Shown in pieces: positions 50,124-59,022 of a DNA stretch of 64,000 nt. Origin of the DNA: a virus; IMG/VR virus record IMGVR_UViG_3300048915_000089, positions 1 to 64,000 of that record; one strand, written 5' to 3'. Position numbers and translations under genes: made by a program. The notes below the pieces were generated by a model, which did no database searches, was not told the origin of the DNA, and worked only from the letters and a program-made list of their open reading frames with translations. Positions within the stretch are counted from its first letter, which is position 1, and each line of letters begins with the position of its first letter.

Positions 50124-52586
50124 TCAAAAAACCGTATCAGGTATGTCGCTGTCGCCGCCGTCAACGTCCGGCGGCAACTCGCGATCGTCAAGCAACGGCG
50201 CTGGCGCTTCCGGCTTCTCGGCTTTGCCTTGGCGCGGTGGCCAACTGAGGCCGCGGCCAAAGACGCGCTTGCCGAGAGGCCAGATCACGTCGACCGGCTC
50301 AGCGCCCTCAGTGAGAACAACCTTGTCGCCCGCGATTATGTTCGCCGCCATCAACATACGACGCCAGCGGCCGACTCGGCTCTTGAACGAAGCCGCGCGC
50401 TTCTCCGGCGTGTCGCCAAGCTCTTCGTTCGGCGTCACGCGTCGATAATGCGCGCGGACATCGGACCACTTCACAATTCGAGAGACGGACGGCGGAAGCT
50501 TCATGCTCGCCGGCGGAATGATCGCTTCTTCGTCAAGAGCCTTGAGGAAGGCGCGGAAGATCGTCGCATTGATCTCAGTCAACGCGAAGCCTTCCGGACG
50601 CTTGCCGTCCGTGCCGACCTTATCCAGCGCTTCGGCTGTCATGATATGAGGCTCAACAGTGACGCATGACGTAACAGGATCGCCGTCCGAGTCTTTGTTG
50701 ACTTCGACTTGCTTCAGAACGAAGTCCCAATAGTTGCCGGCGATGCCTTCGCTTTGCTTGCGCACCTTGGCGCGTCGGATCACGCGGCGATCGTCGTCAA
50801 GCAATTCGGTCGCGTTTTTTCCGTCGCTGTTCATGCGCGCGCCGATCTCTATCGTCGTCTCGATCGCATTCCATAAAACGAGACTGCCGCGAATCGTGCC
50901 GTGCGCATTCTTGTGATGAACAAACCACACGCCGGCGCCGGTGCGGTCCATTATTCGCTGCGCGCGCCGGTACATCGTTGTGACATCTTCGTCTTTGATG
51001 ATCGATGCGCCAGGCGTCGCGGCTTGATACGTGTCGAGTGCGACGACGCCAAGCGGCACGGGCCAATCTGCCGAGAGCGCTTCAATCTCTTCGATCAACG
51101 TGTCTGTCGTTTTGTCTTCGGACCACAGATCAAGCGACTTCGTGAGAACGGCAAAGGGAATATCGTTAGTGTTCCGCAGATCGTTGTGCTTGTCATAAGC
51201 GCGCATGCGCGTGACGAACGCTTCGCCTTTCTCCGCTGCGCAATAAATGACGCCAAGCTGCTGAGTCTTGTTGCCGGCAAACGGAATGCCGCGCGCGACA
51301 GCCATCGCCATGTCGTAAGTCTCGAATGATTTTCCGGACTGGCTTTCGCCGTATATCAGCACGGACTTTCCGCGCGGAATGATACCTTTGATAGCCCAAT
51401 CGTAAGCACGGACTGTGCCGGCATACCGATCGCGCCAGTGAACAGCGCCGAACTTCGATTTGTAGGGCTCCGGCTTCCACTCCGGAAGCTTGTCGACATG
51501 CGCCAGAAGACTGAAGCGATCGCCGCCGCCAAGATCCCGCCAGTCTTTCACGTCGCCGCGCGGCGGGCACTGCGGCCACACGCTCGCGAAGTTCAAGACG
51601 CGCACCCTGGCCCCGGCCTTGCGCAGCATCGGCGCGATTCTCGCCGTGCGTTGCTTACCGGCCGGATCGTTGTCCTCGAGAATCACAAGATCAGCAGCGC
51701 CCCGGAAAAACTCAGCGCACTCGACTGTGAAATTGTTCGCGCCGCCTGTGCCGCTGGCGGCGAGCAGCCCCCAACTCGTCAAGATATCGACTTTGCCTTC
51801 ACCCTCCGGCAAGAAGATCGTCCGCTGATCTGCCGCGTCTTCGCGCAACTCGTCGGCGATCTCGTCGGCATTGTAGAGCCAATAGTCGACGTTGCCGACG
51901 CCGGGGAACGTCCGGCGCTCCTTCCACTTCCATTTGACGAAGTTCTCTTGATCGAAGCGAGTCCAGTCTGTGCCTGGCCCCTTGCGCATGAACTCTTTCG
52001 GCTTGCTTGTCTCGCGATCAACGAAGTCGAGTCCCATCACCCAAGTGCCGTCGCCGTCCGGCGATCGGCGACGTTGCCAAAACGTTTTCCATATCTTGCC
52101 GGTCTTTGGATTGATCTCCCACGATCCATCCGGAAGCTCGCGCTGCACGCGCGCGACTTGATACAGAAACACGCCGCCTTTTTTAATCTCGAATGTCTCG
52201 ACTATTTTGTTCCTTGCGAATGCCGGCCGATCATGCGGCGCGTCGTCAAGGGGCGGCTCGTCTCGCGCTGCCTTTGCTTTCACCGGCTTGCCGCCCGGAA
52301 GCGGAATGCCGGCGCGCTGAGCCAACACTTCGACAGCCTCTTTGAAATCAGCGCAGCCGCCATGCTGCATTTCGAAGTCGAAGATATCACCGCCAGCGTC
52401 GTCTTTGCCGAAGTCGTGCCAGATACCCTTCTTGTCGTTCACGCTGATCGATGGGTCTTCGACAGCAACGAACTCAGCGCCGCGCTTCTTCAGCTTGAAC
52501 TTACGACCCACAACGTCACTCACCTTGAGCGCGCCGCGAACCTGATCTAAAAATGCTTTGTCGTAAGTCACTGCGTTTCCTGCCAA
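50124..52586 (-). CDS. Bifunctional DNA primase (DnaG-like ZBD + Toprim) / RepA-DnaB-like helicase
   Basis: Toprim IFLPEGEGKVD and LEDNDPAGKQ. Walker A VLIYGESQSGKS. The N-terminal primase zinc-binding-domain-like region lacks cysteines. Confidence 0.85.
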   Translation of the reverse strand: MAGNAVTYDKAFLDQVRGALKVSDVVGRKFKLKKRGAEFVAVEDPSISVNDKKGIWHDFGKDDAGGDIFDFEMQHGGCADFKEAVEVLAQRAGIPLPGGKPVKAKAARDEPPLDDAPHDRPAFARNKIVETFEIKKGGVFLYQVARVQRELPDGSWEINPKTGKIWKTFWQRRRSPDGDGTWVMGLDFVDRETSKPKEFMRKGPGTDWTRFDQENFVKWKWKERRTFPGVGNVDYWLYNADEIADELREDAADQRTIFLPEGEGKVDILTSWGLLAASGTGGANNFTVECAEFFRGAADLVILEDNDPAGKQRTARIAPMLRKAGARVRVLNFASVWPQCPPRGDVKDWRDLGGGDRFSLLAHVDKLPEWKPEPYKSKFGAVHWRDRYAGTVRAYDWAIKGIIPRGKSVLIYGESQSGKSFETYDMAMAVARGIPFAGNKTQQLGVIYCAAEKGEAFVTRMRAYDKHNDLRNTNDIPFAVLTKSLDLWSEDKTTDTLIEEIEALSADWPVPLGVVALDTYQAATPGASIIKDEDVTTMYRRAQRIMDRTGAGVWFVHHKNAHGTIRGSLVLWNAIETTIEIGARMNSDGKNATELLDDDRRVIRRAKVRKQSEGIAGNYWDFVLKQVEVNKDSDGDPVTSCVTVEPHIMTAEALDKVGTDGKRPEGFALTEINATIFRAFLKALDEEAIIPPASMKLPPSVSRIVKWSDVRAHYRRVTPNEELGDTPEKRAASFKSRVGRWRRMLMAANIIAGDKVVLTEGAEPVDVIWPLGKRVFGRGLSWPPRQGKAEKPEAPAPLLDDRELPPDVDGGDSDIPDTVF

Positions 52587-52592
52587 CGGCTT

Positions 52593-53189
52593 TTATGCCG
52601 CCTTGTCGAATTTCGCTATCTCGTCACCCCACGCAAGCCAGCCACGCCGACTCTCTCTGCTAAATACATCTGCGCGCCGCCATCCGGGCGTCAATCCACC
52701 AATCAAGTCGAACCACTCTTGCGGCTTGCGCGAATGCTCGCGCGCGATGCCGTCAAGGCCAAGCTGATCGAATGTCTCAATGAGATTGTAAGCGCGTCCG
52801 CGAGCTCGCAGCTTGTGGCCCTTCAGCGTACAGATCAAAAACGGCTCGCACACCGACCTGAAAATAAACCCGGTGCCTGGCCGAAGCTTGCCGGTCACCG
52901 TGCGCTTTGCCCACGCGCCGCCTGTGACGACTTTCAAGCCCCATGCATTCTCCGCAATCAAATGCTGCTGCCCGATCAGCGGCCATGTACACCACATGCC
53001 GAGGACGCCTTCCGGCGCGAGCAGTTCGGCAACCGGCAGCGCCGCGATCTGCGCGAGCGACATCGTTTTATATTTTGCGTTCGCCGACTTCTTCTCGCCC
53101 TGCGATGTACGCGAGACCCATTTCCAGGGACAATCGATCGATACAAAGTCCAAGCCGTATCGCGGCAACGGATCAAAATAAAACATCAA
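52593..53189 (-). CDS. MT-A70 family N6-adenine DNA methyltransferase
   Basis: Catalytic motif DCPW (DPPW variant), KYKTMSLAQIAALPV, MWCTWP, AWGLKVVTGGAWAK. Confidence 0.8.
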   Translation of the reverse strand: MMFYFDPLPRYGLDFVSIDCPWKWVSRTSQGEKKSANAKYKTMSLAQIAALPVAELLAPEGVLGMWCTWPLIGQQHLIAENAWGLKVVTGGAWAKRTVTGKLRPGTGFIFRSVCEPFLICTLKGHKLRARGRAYNLIETFDQLGLDGIAREHSRKPQEWFDLIGGLTPGWRRADVFSRESRRGWLAWGDEIAKFDKAA

Positions 53190-53479
53190 CGCTTACCCTT
53201 GTTCGCTGCTTTTGCCTCGCGCTCGCGCTGCTCTTCGATCCGCTTTAGCTCAGCGGCTTCGAGGTGATTCACCAAATTTAGAATGTCGTTTAACGCCGTC
53301 TGCCGCTCTCGCGCTTCTTTCGGGAGCTCCTGGCCGCGCTCAGTGAAGAGCGTTTCCCAGACATCGAGCGTGAACAACTCAGCGATAACGTACCTGTAGA
53401 TTCGATCGCGCGGCCGATCGGACGGCACAAACTGAATTACCTTACGCTCCGACTCCGGCCTGACAAACTCGTCACCCAC
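53186..53479 (-). CDS. Hypothetical protein
   Basis: ATGA-type coupling. Confidence 0.5.
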   Translation of the reverse strand: MGDEFVRPESERKVIQFVPSDRPRDRIYRYVIAELFTLDVWETLFTERGQELPKEARERQTALNDILNLVNHLEAAELKRIEEQREREAKAANKGKR

Positions 53480-54047
53480 TGGAGTCGGCCTGCCATGTTC
53501 GCGTTTCGAAGCCTTCCTGCATCGTGCCGTAGCTTGCGATCAGCATCGCTTCGGCGCGGTGCTCGTCTAACTGACGCTTCAAAAACGGCATCGCGCTTGG
53601 AAAGCTCTCGCGCGCCAATTCAAGAGCGCGGTTTTTTCGCGCCTTCTGATCTTTTATCGCGAGTAGACCAAGCCCTTTTTTCCAAGCGGCCGGCGTCACG
53701 TAATAGAGCGGCACGCCGCAGCCGTGAATCACACCCAGCAACGTGCCGTATGCGCGGCCGTAATTGAACGACGACGCGGCACCCATGCCGCGCTCTTCCT
53801 CTTCGCCGTCTTCGCTGTGGAAGCGCGGCATAGCCCATGCCTTTTCAATGAAGGCGACGTGCGGCTTGTTGTGAACGATGAAGCGGCGAAACGCGCTCAT
53901 ATCGATCACTTTTGTTTTCTCACCCTCGACATATACGGGGAGATCAACGATCGACTCCGGCGCAAACGGCACAATGCTGTAGCGACTATAGACAGCAGCA
54001 GCGCCGCGCGTGCCGGGATCGACACCCAGGACCCTCAGGATGGTCAT
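53472..54047 (-). CDS. RuvC-like Holliday junction resolvase
   Basis: ILRVLGVDPGTRGAAAV, VAFIEKAW, DEHRAEAMLIASYG. Confidence 0.75.
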   Translation of the reverse strand: MTILRVLGVDPGTRGAAAVYSRYSIVPFAPESIVDLPVYVEGEKTKVIDMSAFRRFIVHNKPHVAFIEKAWAMPRFHSEDGEEEERGMGAASSFNYGRAYGTLLGVIHGCGVPLYYVTPAAWKKGLGLLAIKDQKARKNRALELARESFPSAMPFLKRQLDEHRAEAMLIASYGTMQEGFETRTWQADSSG

Positions 54048-54056
54048 GGCCGTAGC

Positions 54057-54626
54057 TCAATGCTTCGTGTCGGGGTTCGTGCGCGCTTGATTGCCTTTCT
54101 CGGCAAGATCGGCGGCTTCCTCAACGCTGCGCTTCTTGGGATTGAGCGGCGTCACGCCAGTGCCGCCGGCGGCTTTGATTGCGTCGTCGATATCAGCGCC
54201 GCTCGCGCCCGGCTGTCGAAGATGGCGCGGCCGGAAATCACGATGATCGTCGTCGGCGGCGCCCGCTTCGTGCGTCTCCAAGTCTTCCGCGGTGATGCCT
54301 TCCGCCGCGCCCGGGGTGCCTGGCAATGTCGGAGACACGCCTTCGTCAAGCTTCAGCACGTCGATGTAGTGACGAAGATGCTCAATGCGCGCAACGCGCA
54401 TCGCGGCTGATTTTAATTTTCTGAGAGCTTTGACAGTTCGGAATGCCCAGGGATCGATATGCTTGTCCTTGGCGTACTCCTTCAATTGATCACCGGCTTC
54501 TTTTGTGATCTCCGCCGACTGCTCGTCGTAGCCTAGCTGATCGGTCATCAACGACTTGACGCTTGTGCCGGCTGGCAGCCGTGTAACTTTTTCTCCGGTC
54601 CCCGGCGCTTTTACTTCCTTGGCCAT
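54057..54626 (-). CDS. Hypothetical acidic protein, first gene of the minus block
   Basis: ATG at 54626 with RBS GAGGAT. The upstream extension of the 310-aa track ORF crosses the regulatory region. Confidence 0.55.
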   Translation of the reverse strand: MAKEVKAPGTGEKVTRLPAGTSVKSLMTDQLGYDEQSAEITKEAGDQLKEYAKDKHIDPWAFRTVKALRKLKSAAMRVARIEHLRHYIDVLKLDEGVSPTLPGTPGAAEGITAEDLETHEAGAADDDHRDFRPRHLRQPGASGADIDDAIKAAGGTGVTPLNPKKRSVEEAADLAEKGNQARTNPDTKH

Positions 54627-55147
54627 TTTAGATCCTCGCAAAAGAATGTTGACCGAACCCAGCGAGTCAGAGGGCCTTCGTTCCCGCTGGGTCCGGCCGT
54701 TATCCGCAACCCTTGCCTGGCGGCACGGCGCGAATGCGAATTCTGTTTTGTCAAAGATCGGCCCTCTCTGAGTCGTGAACGTAAACGACAACAGCAGGGC
54801 GGAGCAATGGGAGAAATTTTCAAGTTCCAGATCGCTGAGCGCGCTCGCGCGCGTCTCAGTTATATACACAGAAAGAAGTCGCGCGTGCCGCGCTCCTTTT
54901 GTGTCTGGCCGCACACTGTAACGCCGCGCGCGAGCCGACTCGATAGAAACCCGCAAAAGGGCTGTCAACGGATACGGGAGACAGAACAAAGCGGATACAG
55001 ATACATCCTGAGAGCGTTCTTATTGAAAAAACAGCAGAATCCCGGCGTTCCGATTTATTTCTAAGGCTTGCAACCATTCAACCTGTGATCTATACGTCTT
55101 GCCAGGCGGGCCGCTTCGGCCGCGCCGTTTTGCAGAGGAAAGATGCA
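54627..55147. promoter_or_regulatory. Divergent early control region (~520 bp, non-coding)
   Basis: Contains an imperfect inverted repeat GAGTCAGAGGGCC (~54664) / GGCCCTCTCTGAGTC (~54760). Also a palindrome CTGAGCGCGC..GCGCGTCTCAG (~54835-54860), AT-rich TTATATACAC, and three GATACA-type repeats (54970-55008) like those at 44371-44420. Confidence 0.5.
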
Positions 55148-56032
55148 ATGCACACCATCAATCAGACTTACGGAAAACGCGCGCGCTTCGACATCGATCG
55201 CGGTATGACCGAAGACGAGATTCGCAAGGCCGCGCCGTCTGTCTTCGCCGTGACGGCGCACGACAGCCGCAGCGAACGCTTCCAGCCGATCCCGACGATC
55301 GAAGTGCTGCGCGGCTTGCGGAAGGAAGGCTTTGAAGTCGTCGGCGCGCGCCAGTCGACGACGCGAGTCGACGGCAAAGAGAACTTCACGAAGCATCTGA
55401 TACGTCTCCGGCGCATGGATAACGTCGAAGCGTACAAGGTCGGCGATACGGTCGCCGAAATGCTGCTGAAGAATGCGAACGACGGCACGTCCGTTTACGA
55501 TCTCTTCGCCGGACTGTTCCGCATTCGTTGCTTGAACAGCATGGTGACCGATCTCGGCTCAATCGACAGCGTGAAAGTCCGGCACACTGGCCGCGACATT
55601 CAGGATCGTGTCATTGAAGGCACGTTCACTGTCATGGAAAAGGCGAAGCTCGCGCTCGCCGCTCCGCAGGACTGGTCAACTGTCGAATTGAACCGCGACG
55701 AACGCATGGCGTTCGCGGAAGCCGCACACGTTCTCCGCTTTGCCGACGCCGAAGGCAACGTCGACACGCCAATCAAGCCGGAGCAACTGCTGCAGGTGCG
55801 CCGCGCTGATGATAACGAGCGCAATCTCTGGACTGACTTCAATGTCGTTCAAGAGAACGTCATTCGCGGCGGGCTGAAGGGCCGCGTTCCGGCGACGGGT
55901 GGCGGAACGCGCCGCATGTCGACTCGCGGCATCAACGGCATTGACCAAGACGTGCGCTTGAACAAAGCGCTTTGGGTGCTTGGCCAGCGGATGGCCGCGC
56001 TGAAGGGTGTCGAAGTCAAGACTGCCGCCTAA
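55148..56032 (+). CDS. DUF932 domain protein
   Basis: ATG preceded by AGAGGAAAGA. FQPIPTIEVLRGLRKEGFEVV... pattern and ~295 aa size are typical of DUF932. Confidence 0.65.
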   Translation: MHTINQTYGKRARFDIDRGMTEDEIRKAAPSVFAVTAHDSRSERFQPIPTIEVLRGLRKEGFEVVGARQSTTRVDGKENFTKHLIRLRRMDNVEAYKVGDTVAEMLLKNANDGTSVYDLFAGLFRIRCLNSMVTDLGSIDSVKVRHTGRDIQDRVIEGTFTVMEKAKLALAAPQDWSTVELNRDERMAFAEAAHVLRFADAEGNVDTPIKPEQLLQVRRADDNERNLWTDFNVVQENVIRGGLKGRVPATGGGTRRMSTRGINGIDQDVRLNKALWVLGQRMAALKGVEVKTAA

Positions 56033-56128
56033 GTTCGAAGGTCGGCGACTCGATGGGGCCGCGTATTGCGCCGCCCCATCAGGGCGCTGATCTTGGCCGC
56101 GCCGCCGAACTTAGGAGAACCAAAGCGC

Positions 56129-56647
56129 ATGAACATTCTGTATTACGGGGTGCCCGCCTACGCTGAAGGCGGGCACATTGTGGTTCGCTTCATGGATCGA
56201 AGCGACGCAAAAGACATGGGGACCGATCTGCCGCTTCGCGACGATCTCGCGCAGCATGCGGAGCGCTTCGATTGGGGCAAGCCGATGATTGCCGGCAGAG
56301 AATCGAAGGCGCTCACGGCCGGAGCCGCGCAACTGGCGCTGGCGATCTGCGCTCACGCTCTCGCCAACGATCGCCGCGCGCTGGCGCTGTTCCAGCGCTT
56401 CAAGCATCGCGTTGTCACAAAGTGGAAAGTCGGCGAAGCGTGGGCTGTCACAGCCGACGAGGTCGCGGCGACGTGCGATCTGATCGAAGCCGAGCAGCTT
56501 TCGCCGTCCGAACTCGGCAAGATCGTGAAAGACGGCGAAGCTGAAGCGCGGCAAGTTGAGCACGAGACGGGCCGCGGTGTTGAGCGCGAGATCGTCTGGG
56601 ATACTGACGAGGGCGGCAACAGAATACGGCCAAGGGGTGCGGACTGA
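56129..56647 (+). CDS. Hypothetical protein (DUF6166-like pattern)
   Basis: RBS AGGAGAA. FDWG...GAAQLALAICAHALANDRRALALFQRFKHRVV recalls the DUF6166 family (recollection). Confidence 0.45.
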   Translation: MNILYYGVPAYAEGGHIVVRFMDRSDAKDMGTDLPLRDDLAQHAERFDWGKPMIAGRESKALTAGAAQLALAICAHALANDRRALALFQRFKHRVVTKWKVGEAWAVTADEVAATCDLIEAEQLSPSELGKIVKDGEAEARQVEHETGRGVEREIVWDTDEGGNRIRPRGAD

Positions 56648-56889
56648 TGAGCCGGGGAGTCGTCGAAAGCATCCGTAGGCTACGCGAGAAGCGAGAAGAG
56701 CGCCGCGACGCAATGCGCGAGCTCGCACGAACGGACAAACCCGCTGCGATTGAGCAGCTTCAAAAGGCGGTAAAGACCGCATCACGCAAGAAAGGAAAGC
56801 AACGTGGCAAAAAAGCAGCAAGACGAGCTCAAAAAACTAAGCGACGAAGCGAACGCAATGGCGGCGTCGACAAGTCTGATACGGACTGA
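56647..56889 (+). CDS. Hypothetical basic protein
   Basis: TGATG coupling. 3' end overlaps the next ORF by 86 nt. Confidence 0.35.
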   Translation: MSRGVVESIRRLREKREERRDAMRELARTDKPAAIEQLQKAVKTASRKKGKQRGKKAARRAQKTKRRSERNGGVDKSDTD

Positions 56890-56986
56890 AGAAGGCCGCG
56901 CGCTGATCGCGCTGAATCAGCGGCTCATTGAAGTGCTGTTGCACGGCGAGCCGAAGACGAAGCCGGTGAGCCGCAATCATGCGTGA
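56804..56986 (+). CDS. Hypothetical protein
   Basis: GTG start preceded by GAAAGGAAAG. Confidence 0.4.
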   Translation: MAKKQQDELKKLSDEANAMAASTSLIRTEEGRALIALNQRLIEVLLHGEPKTKPVSRNHA

Positions 56987-57110
56987 GCTTCTGACGATCG
57001 CCCGCGACGAGCTTCGGCTTGTCGCGGCAACGCCCCTGCAATCATTGATCGCCTATGCTGCGCTCGCGCTCATAGCCGCTGTTGCGTTTGGATTTTTGCC
57101 ATCGAATTGA
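56979..57110 (+). CDS. 43-aa ORF with C-terminal TM helix (not in ORF track)
   Basis: Hand translation gives MRELLTIARDELRLVAATPLQSLIAYAALALIAAVAFGFLPSN. Overlaps the previous stop. Confidence 0.3.
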   Translation: MRELLTIARDELRLVAATPLQSLIAYAALALIAAVAFGFLPSN

Positions 57111-57145
57111 ATTCACCATCAACCCGTCAAACTGGAGGAAAGACA

Positions 57146-58426
57146 GTGAAAGACAAGGTAGACGTCAACCCCGACAATGCGAAGTTCATTGAGCTTCGCA
57201 CGACGAATTATAAAAAGGTAAAGGCGTTTCGCGTTCGGCCGGACGGTGCCGGCGTCATCAAGATTATCGGCGACAACGATCAAGGCAAGACGAGCGCGAT
57301 CGAATCGCTCGCCGCCGTACTTGGCGGGCCGGACTTCACGCCGAAGAACCCCATCCGCAAAGGCCAGAACGAAGCCGAAGTGTTTGCCGATCTCGGCGTG
57401 CTGCGCGCTACTCGCACATGGAAGCGGCGCGAAGACAAGACGATCGCGATGACTCTCGCGGTTGAATTCGCCGACGGATCAAAGCCGAGCAAAAAGCAGA
57501 GTGTGCTTGACGAGCTTCGCGGCACTGATCTTGCGGCCGACCCGTTGGAATTCGCCTACATGCCGGCGAAAGCGCAGTTCGATATTCTGAAGGCGCTTGT
57601 GCCAGGCATCGATTTTGACGACGTGGCGCGCAGGCGTAAGGAGCTTTTCGACGACAGGACGCAAGCTGGCCGCGATCGCGATCGCGAAAAAGGCGCCGCC
57701 GACGCAATCGTTGTGCCGCAAGGCACGCCGCTGCAGCTTGTCGAGTCGACGGCGCTCGTCGCGCAGATAAGTGCTGGCGCAAACATGAACACGGCGATCG
57801 ATCGTGAGCGCGAACGGCGCGCGGCTGTCGAAGCTTCGGCCGAAGCCAAACTGAACGAAGCCGACGAATTGATGATACGCGCGCGCACCCTGGAAGCTGA
57901 AGCGAAACGCTTACGCGACAGCTTGGCCAGTCTGCCGCCGTTAGGAACGCCGGTTGATCTCTCCGAACTCGAGGAGAGAATCGCGAACGCCGACGCGACA
58001 AACGAAAACGTTCGGTTGCTGCAGCGTCAGGATGCGCATCGAGCCGCCGCGAAGGATGCGAGCCGCATATACGACGATCTGACAAGGCAGATCGAAGAGC
58101 TTGACGCGGCAAAAAACAAAGCGATTGAACAAGCGAAATTGCCGGTCAAGGGCATGTCGTTTGGCGACGACGAGATACTAATGAACGGCGAGCCGTTCAC
58201 CGAAGCGTCGCAAGCGCAAAAGATCATGGTGTCGATGGCTGTCGCGATGGCGCTGAAGCCGAAGCTTCGCGTGATCTCAATCAAAGATGGCTCGCTCCTA
58301 GATGCGAAGAGCATGAAGATCGTCGCCGAGATGGCCGTCAAAAACGACTTCGTTGTTTTGCTTGAACGCGTCGCCGTTGATGGCGAGCGCGACGGCATCA
58401 TTATCGAAAATGGGGAGATGGTTTGA
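57146..58426 (+). CDS. SMC/Rad50/RecF-like AAA ATPase (recombination/repair type)
   Basis: GTG at 57146 preceded by GGAGGAAAGA. Walker A GDNDQGKTS, long central coiled coil, C-terminal LRVISIKDGSLLD (Walker B/D-loop). Confidence 0.75.
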   Translation: MKDKVDVNPDNAKFIELRTTNYKKVKAFRVRPDGAGVIKIIGDNDQGKTSAIESLAAVLGGPDFTPKNPIRKGQNEAEVFADLGVLRATRTWKRREDKTIAMTLAVEFADGSKPSKKQSVLDELRGTDLAADPLEFAYMPAKAQFDILKALVPGIDFDDVARRRKELFDDRTQAGRDRDREKGAADAIVVPQGTPLQLVESTALVAQISAGANMNTAIDRERERRAAVEASAEAKLNEADELMIRARTLEAEAKRLRDSLASLPPLGTPVDLSELEERIANADATNENVRLLQRQDAHRAAAKDASRIYDDLTRQIEELDAAKNKAIEQAKLPVKGMSFGDDEILMNGEPFTEASQAQKIMVSMAVAMALKPKLRVISIKDGSLLDAKSMKIVAEMAVKNDFVVLLERVAVDGERDGIIIENGEMV

Positions 58427-58608
58427 TGGCTGACGCTGTACACCTTTTGGTATTGACGGCTCACACGGCAAAAACTGGTTGCGGCAAAACCGTCGTCGCG
58501 CACTACCCGCAGTCCGGTCAAGCAATGGTTGTCGGCGAGTCGGACAACATCAAAGTTACAATGGAGCCCAGCGAGGTGTCCGGATGCCATCTCTGCAAGC
58601 GCAGTTGA
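58423..58608 (+). CDS. Hypothetical small protein
   Basis: TGATG coupling. Confidence 0.4.
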   Translation: MMADAVHLLVLTAHTAKTGCGKTVVAHYPQSGQAMVVGESDNIKVTMEPSEVSGCHLCKRS

Positions 58609-58853
58609 CGAGCGAGCTTCGCCGGCTCGCGATCGTCGCGTCTACCACAACGCCTGGGCTGCGATGCCGCGTATGCGGCTCGCGATGGCCGTTCGCTACA
58701 CCGCACGGCCCCAAGCTTGAACAGCACACTTCCGATTGTCTTATCAGAGAGAGCTCGCCAGATGTCAAAGCAACCCGCAGGAAAGTTTCACCTATACCCC
58801 ACAGACGCGCCGTTTCTCGAAAGGATACCGGGACGATTCCGGCGAGCGCTTGA
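58584..58853 (+). CDS. Possible small Zn-finger protein
   Basis: Contains CRVCGSRW...H...H..C. Overlaps both neighbours; the tail looks non-coding. Confidence 0.3.
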   Translation: MPSLQAQLTSELRRLAIVASTTTPGLRCRVCGSRWPFATPHGPKLEQHTSDCLIRESSPDVKATRRKVSPIPHRRAVSRKDTGTIPASA

Positions 58854-59022
58854 AGCGATCGATGCGGACGGCCTCAGTTATGTCGACGCCGCGAAGAAAC
58901 TGACGGACGCCGGACGCGGCGTTGTTCACGTCGGCACGGTCAAGAGCCGCGTTCACCGCGCGCGCATGCGCATTCTGGCGATGCGCGAAGCTACTGCAGC
59001 GACGGAAGGGGCGAAGCCATGA
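58762..59022 (+). CDS. Sigma-70 region-4-only (ECF sigma r4.2 HTH-like) protein
   Basis: LERIPGRFRRALEAIDADGLSYVDAAKKL...GTVKSRVHRARMRIL is the canonical region 4 signature. No region 2 is present. Confidence 0.6.
   Translation: MSKQPAGKFHLYPTDAPFLERIPGRFRRALEAIDADGLSYVDAAKKLTDAGRGVVHVGTVKSRVHRARMRILAMREATAATEGAKP

Noticed and set aside
54057-54989. 310-aa track ORF extending into the divergent control region. Also small ORFs 54807-55064 (+) and 54856-55077 (-).
   Set aside because: The real start at 54626 has an RBS. The extensions and small ORFs lack RBSs, have poor composition, and cover repeat- and palindrome-rich regulatory DNA.
54627-55147. Possible enrichment of GANTC (CcrM-type) sites in the early control region.
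   Set aside because: I counted four sites (GAGTC x2, GACTC, GAATC) in ~520 bp. That is only about twice the random expectation of one per 256 bp, which is too weak to claim.
56052-56080. Strong GC-rich hairpin GATGGGGC...GCCCCATC after the DUF932 gene.
   Set aside because: No U-tract follows and there is no repeat elsewhere. It is probably just an mRNA-stabilising or weak pause element, and not distinctive enough to report as a finding.
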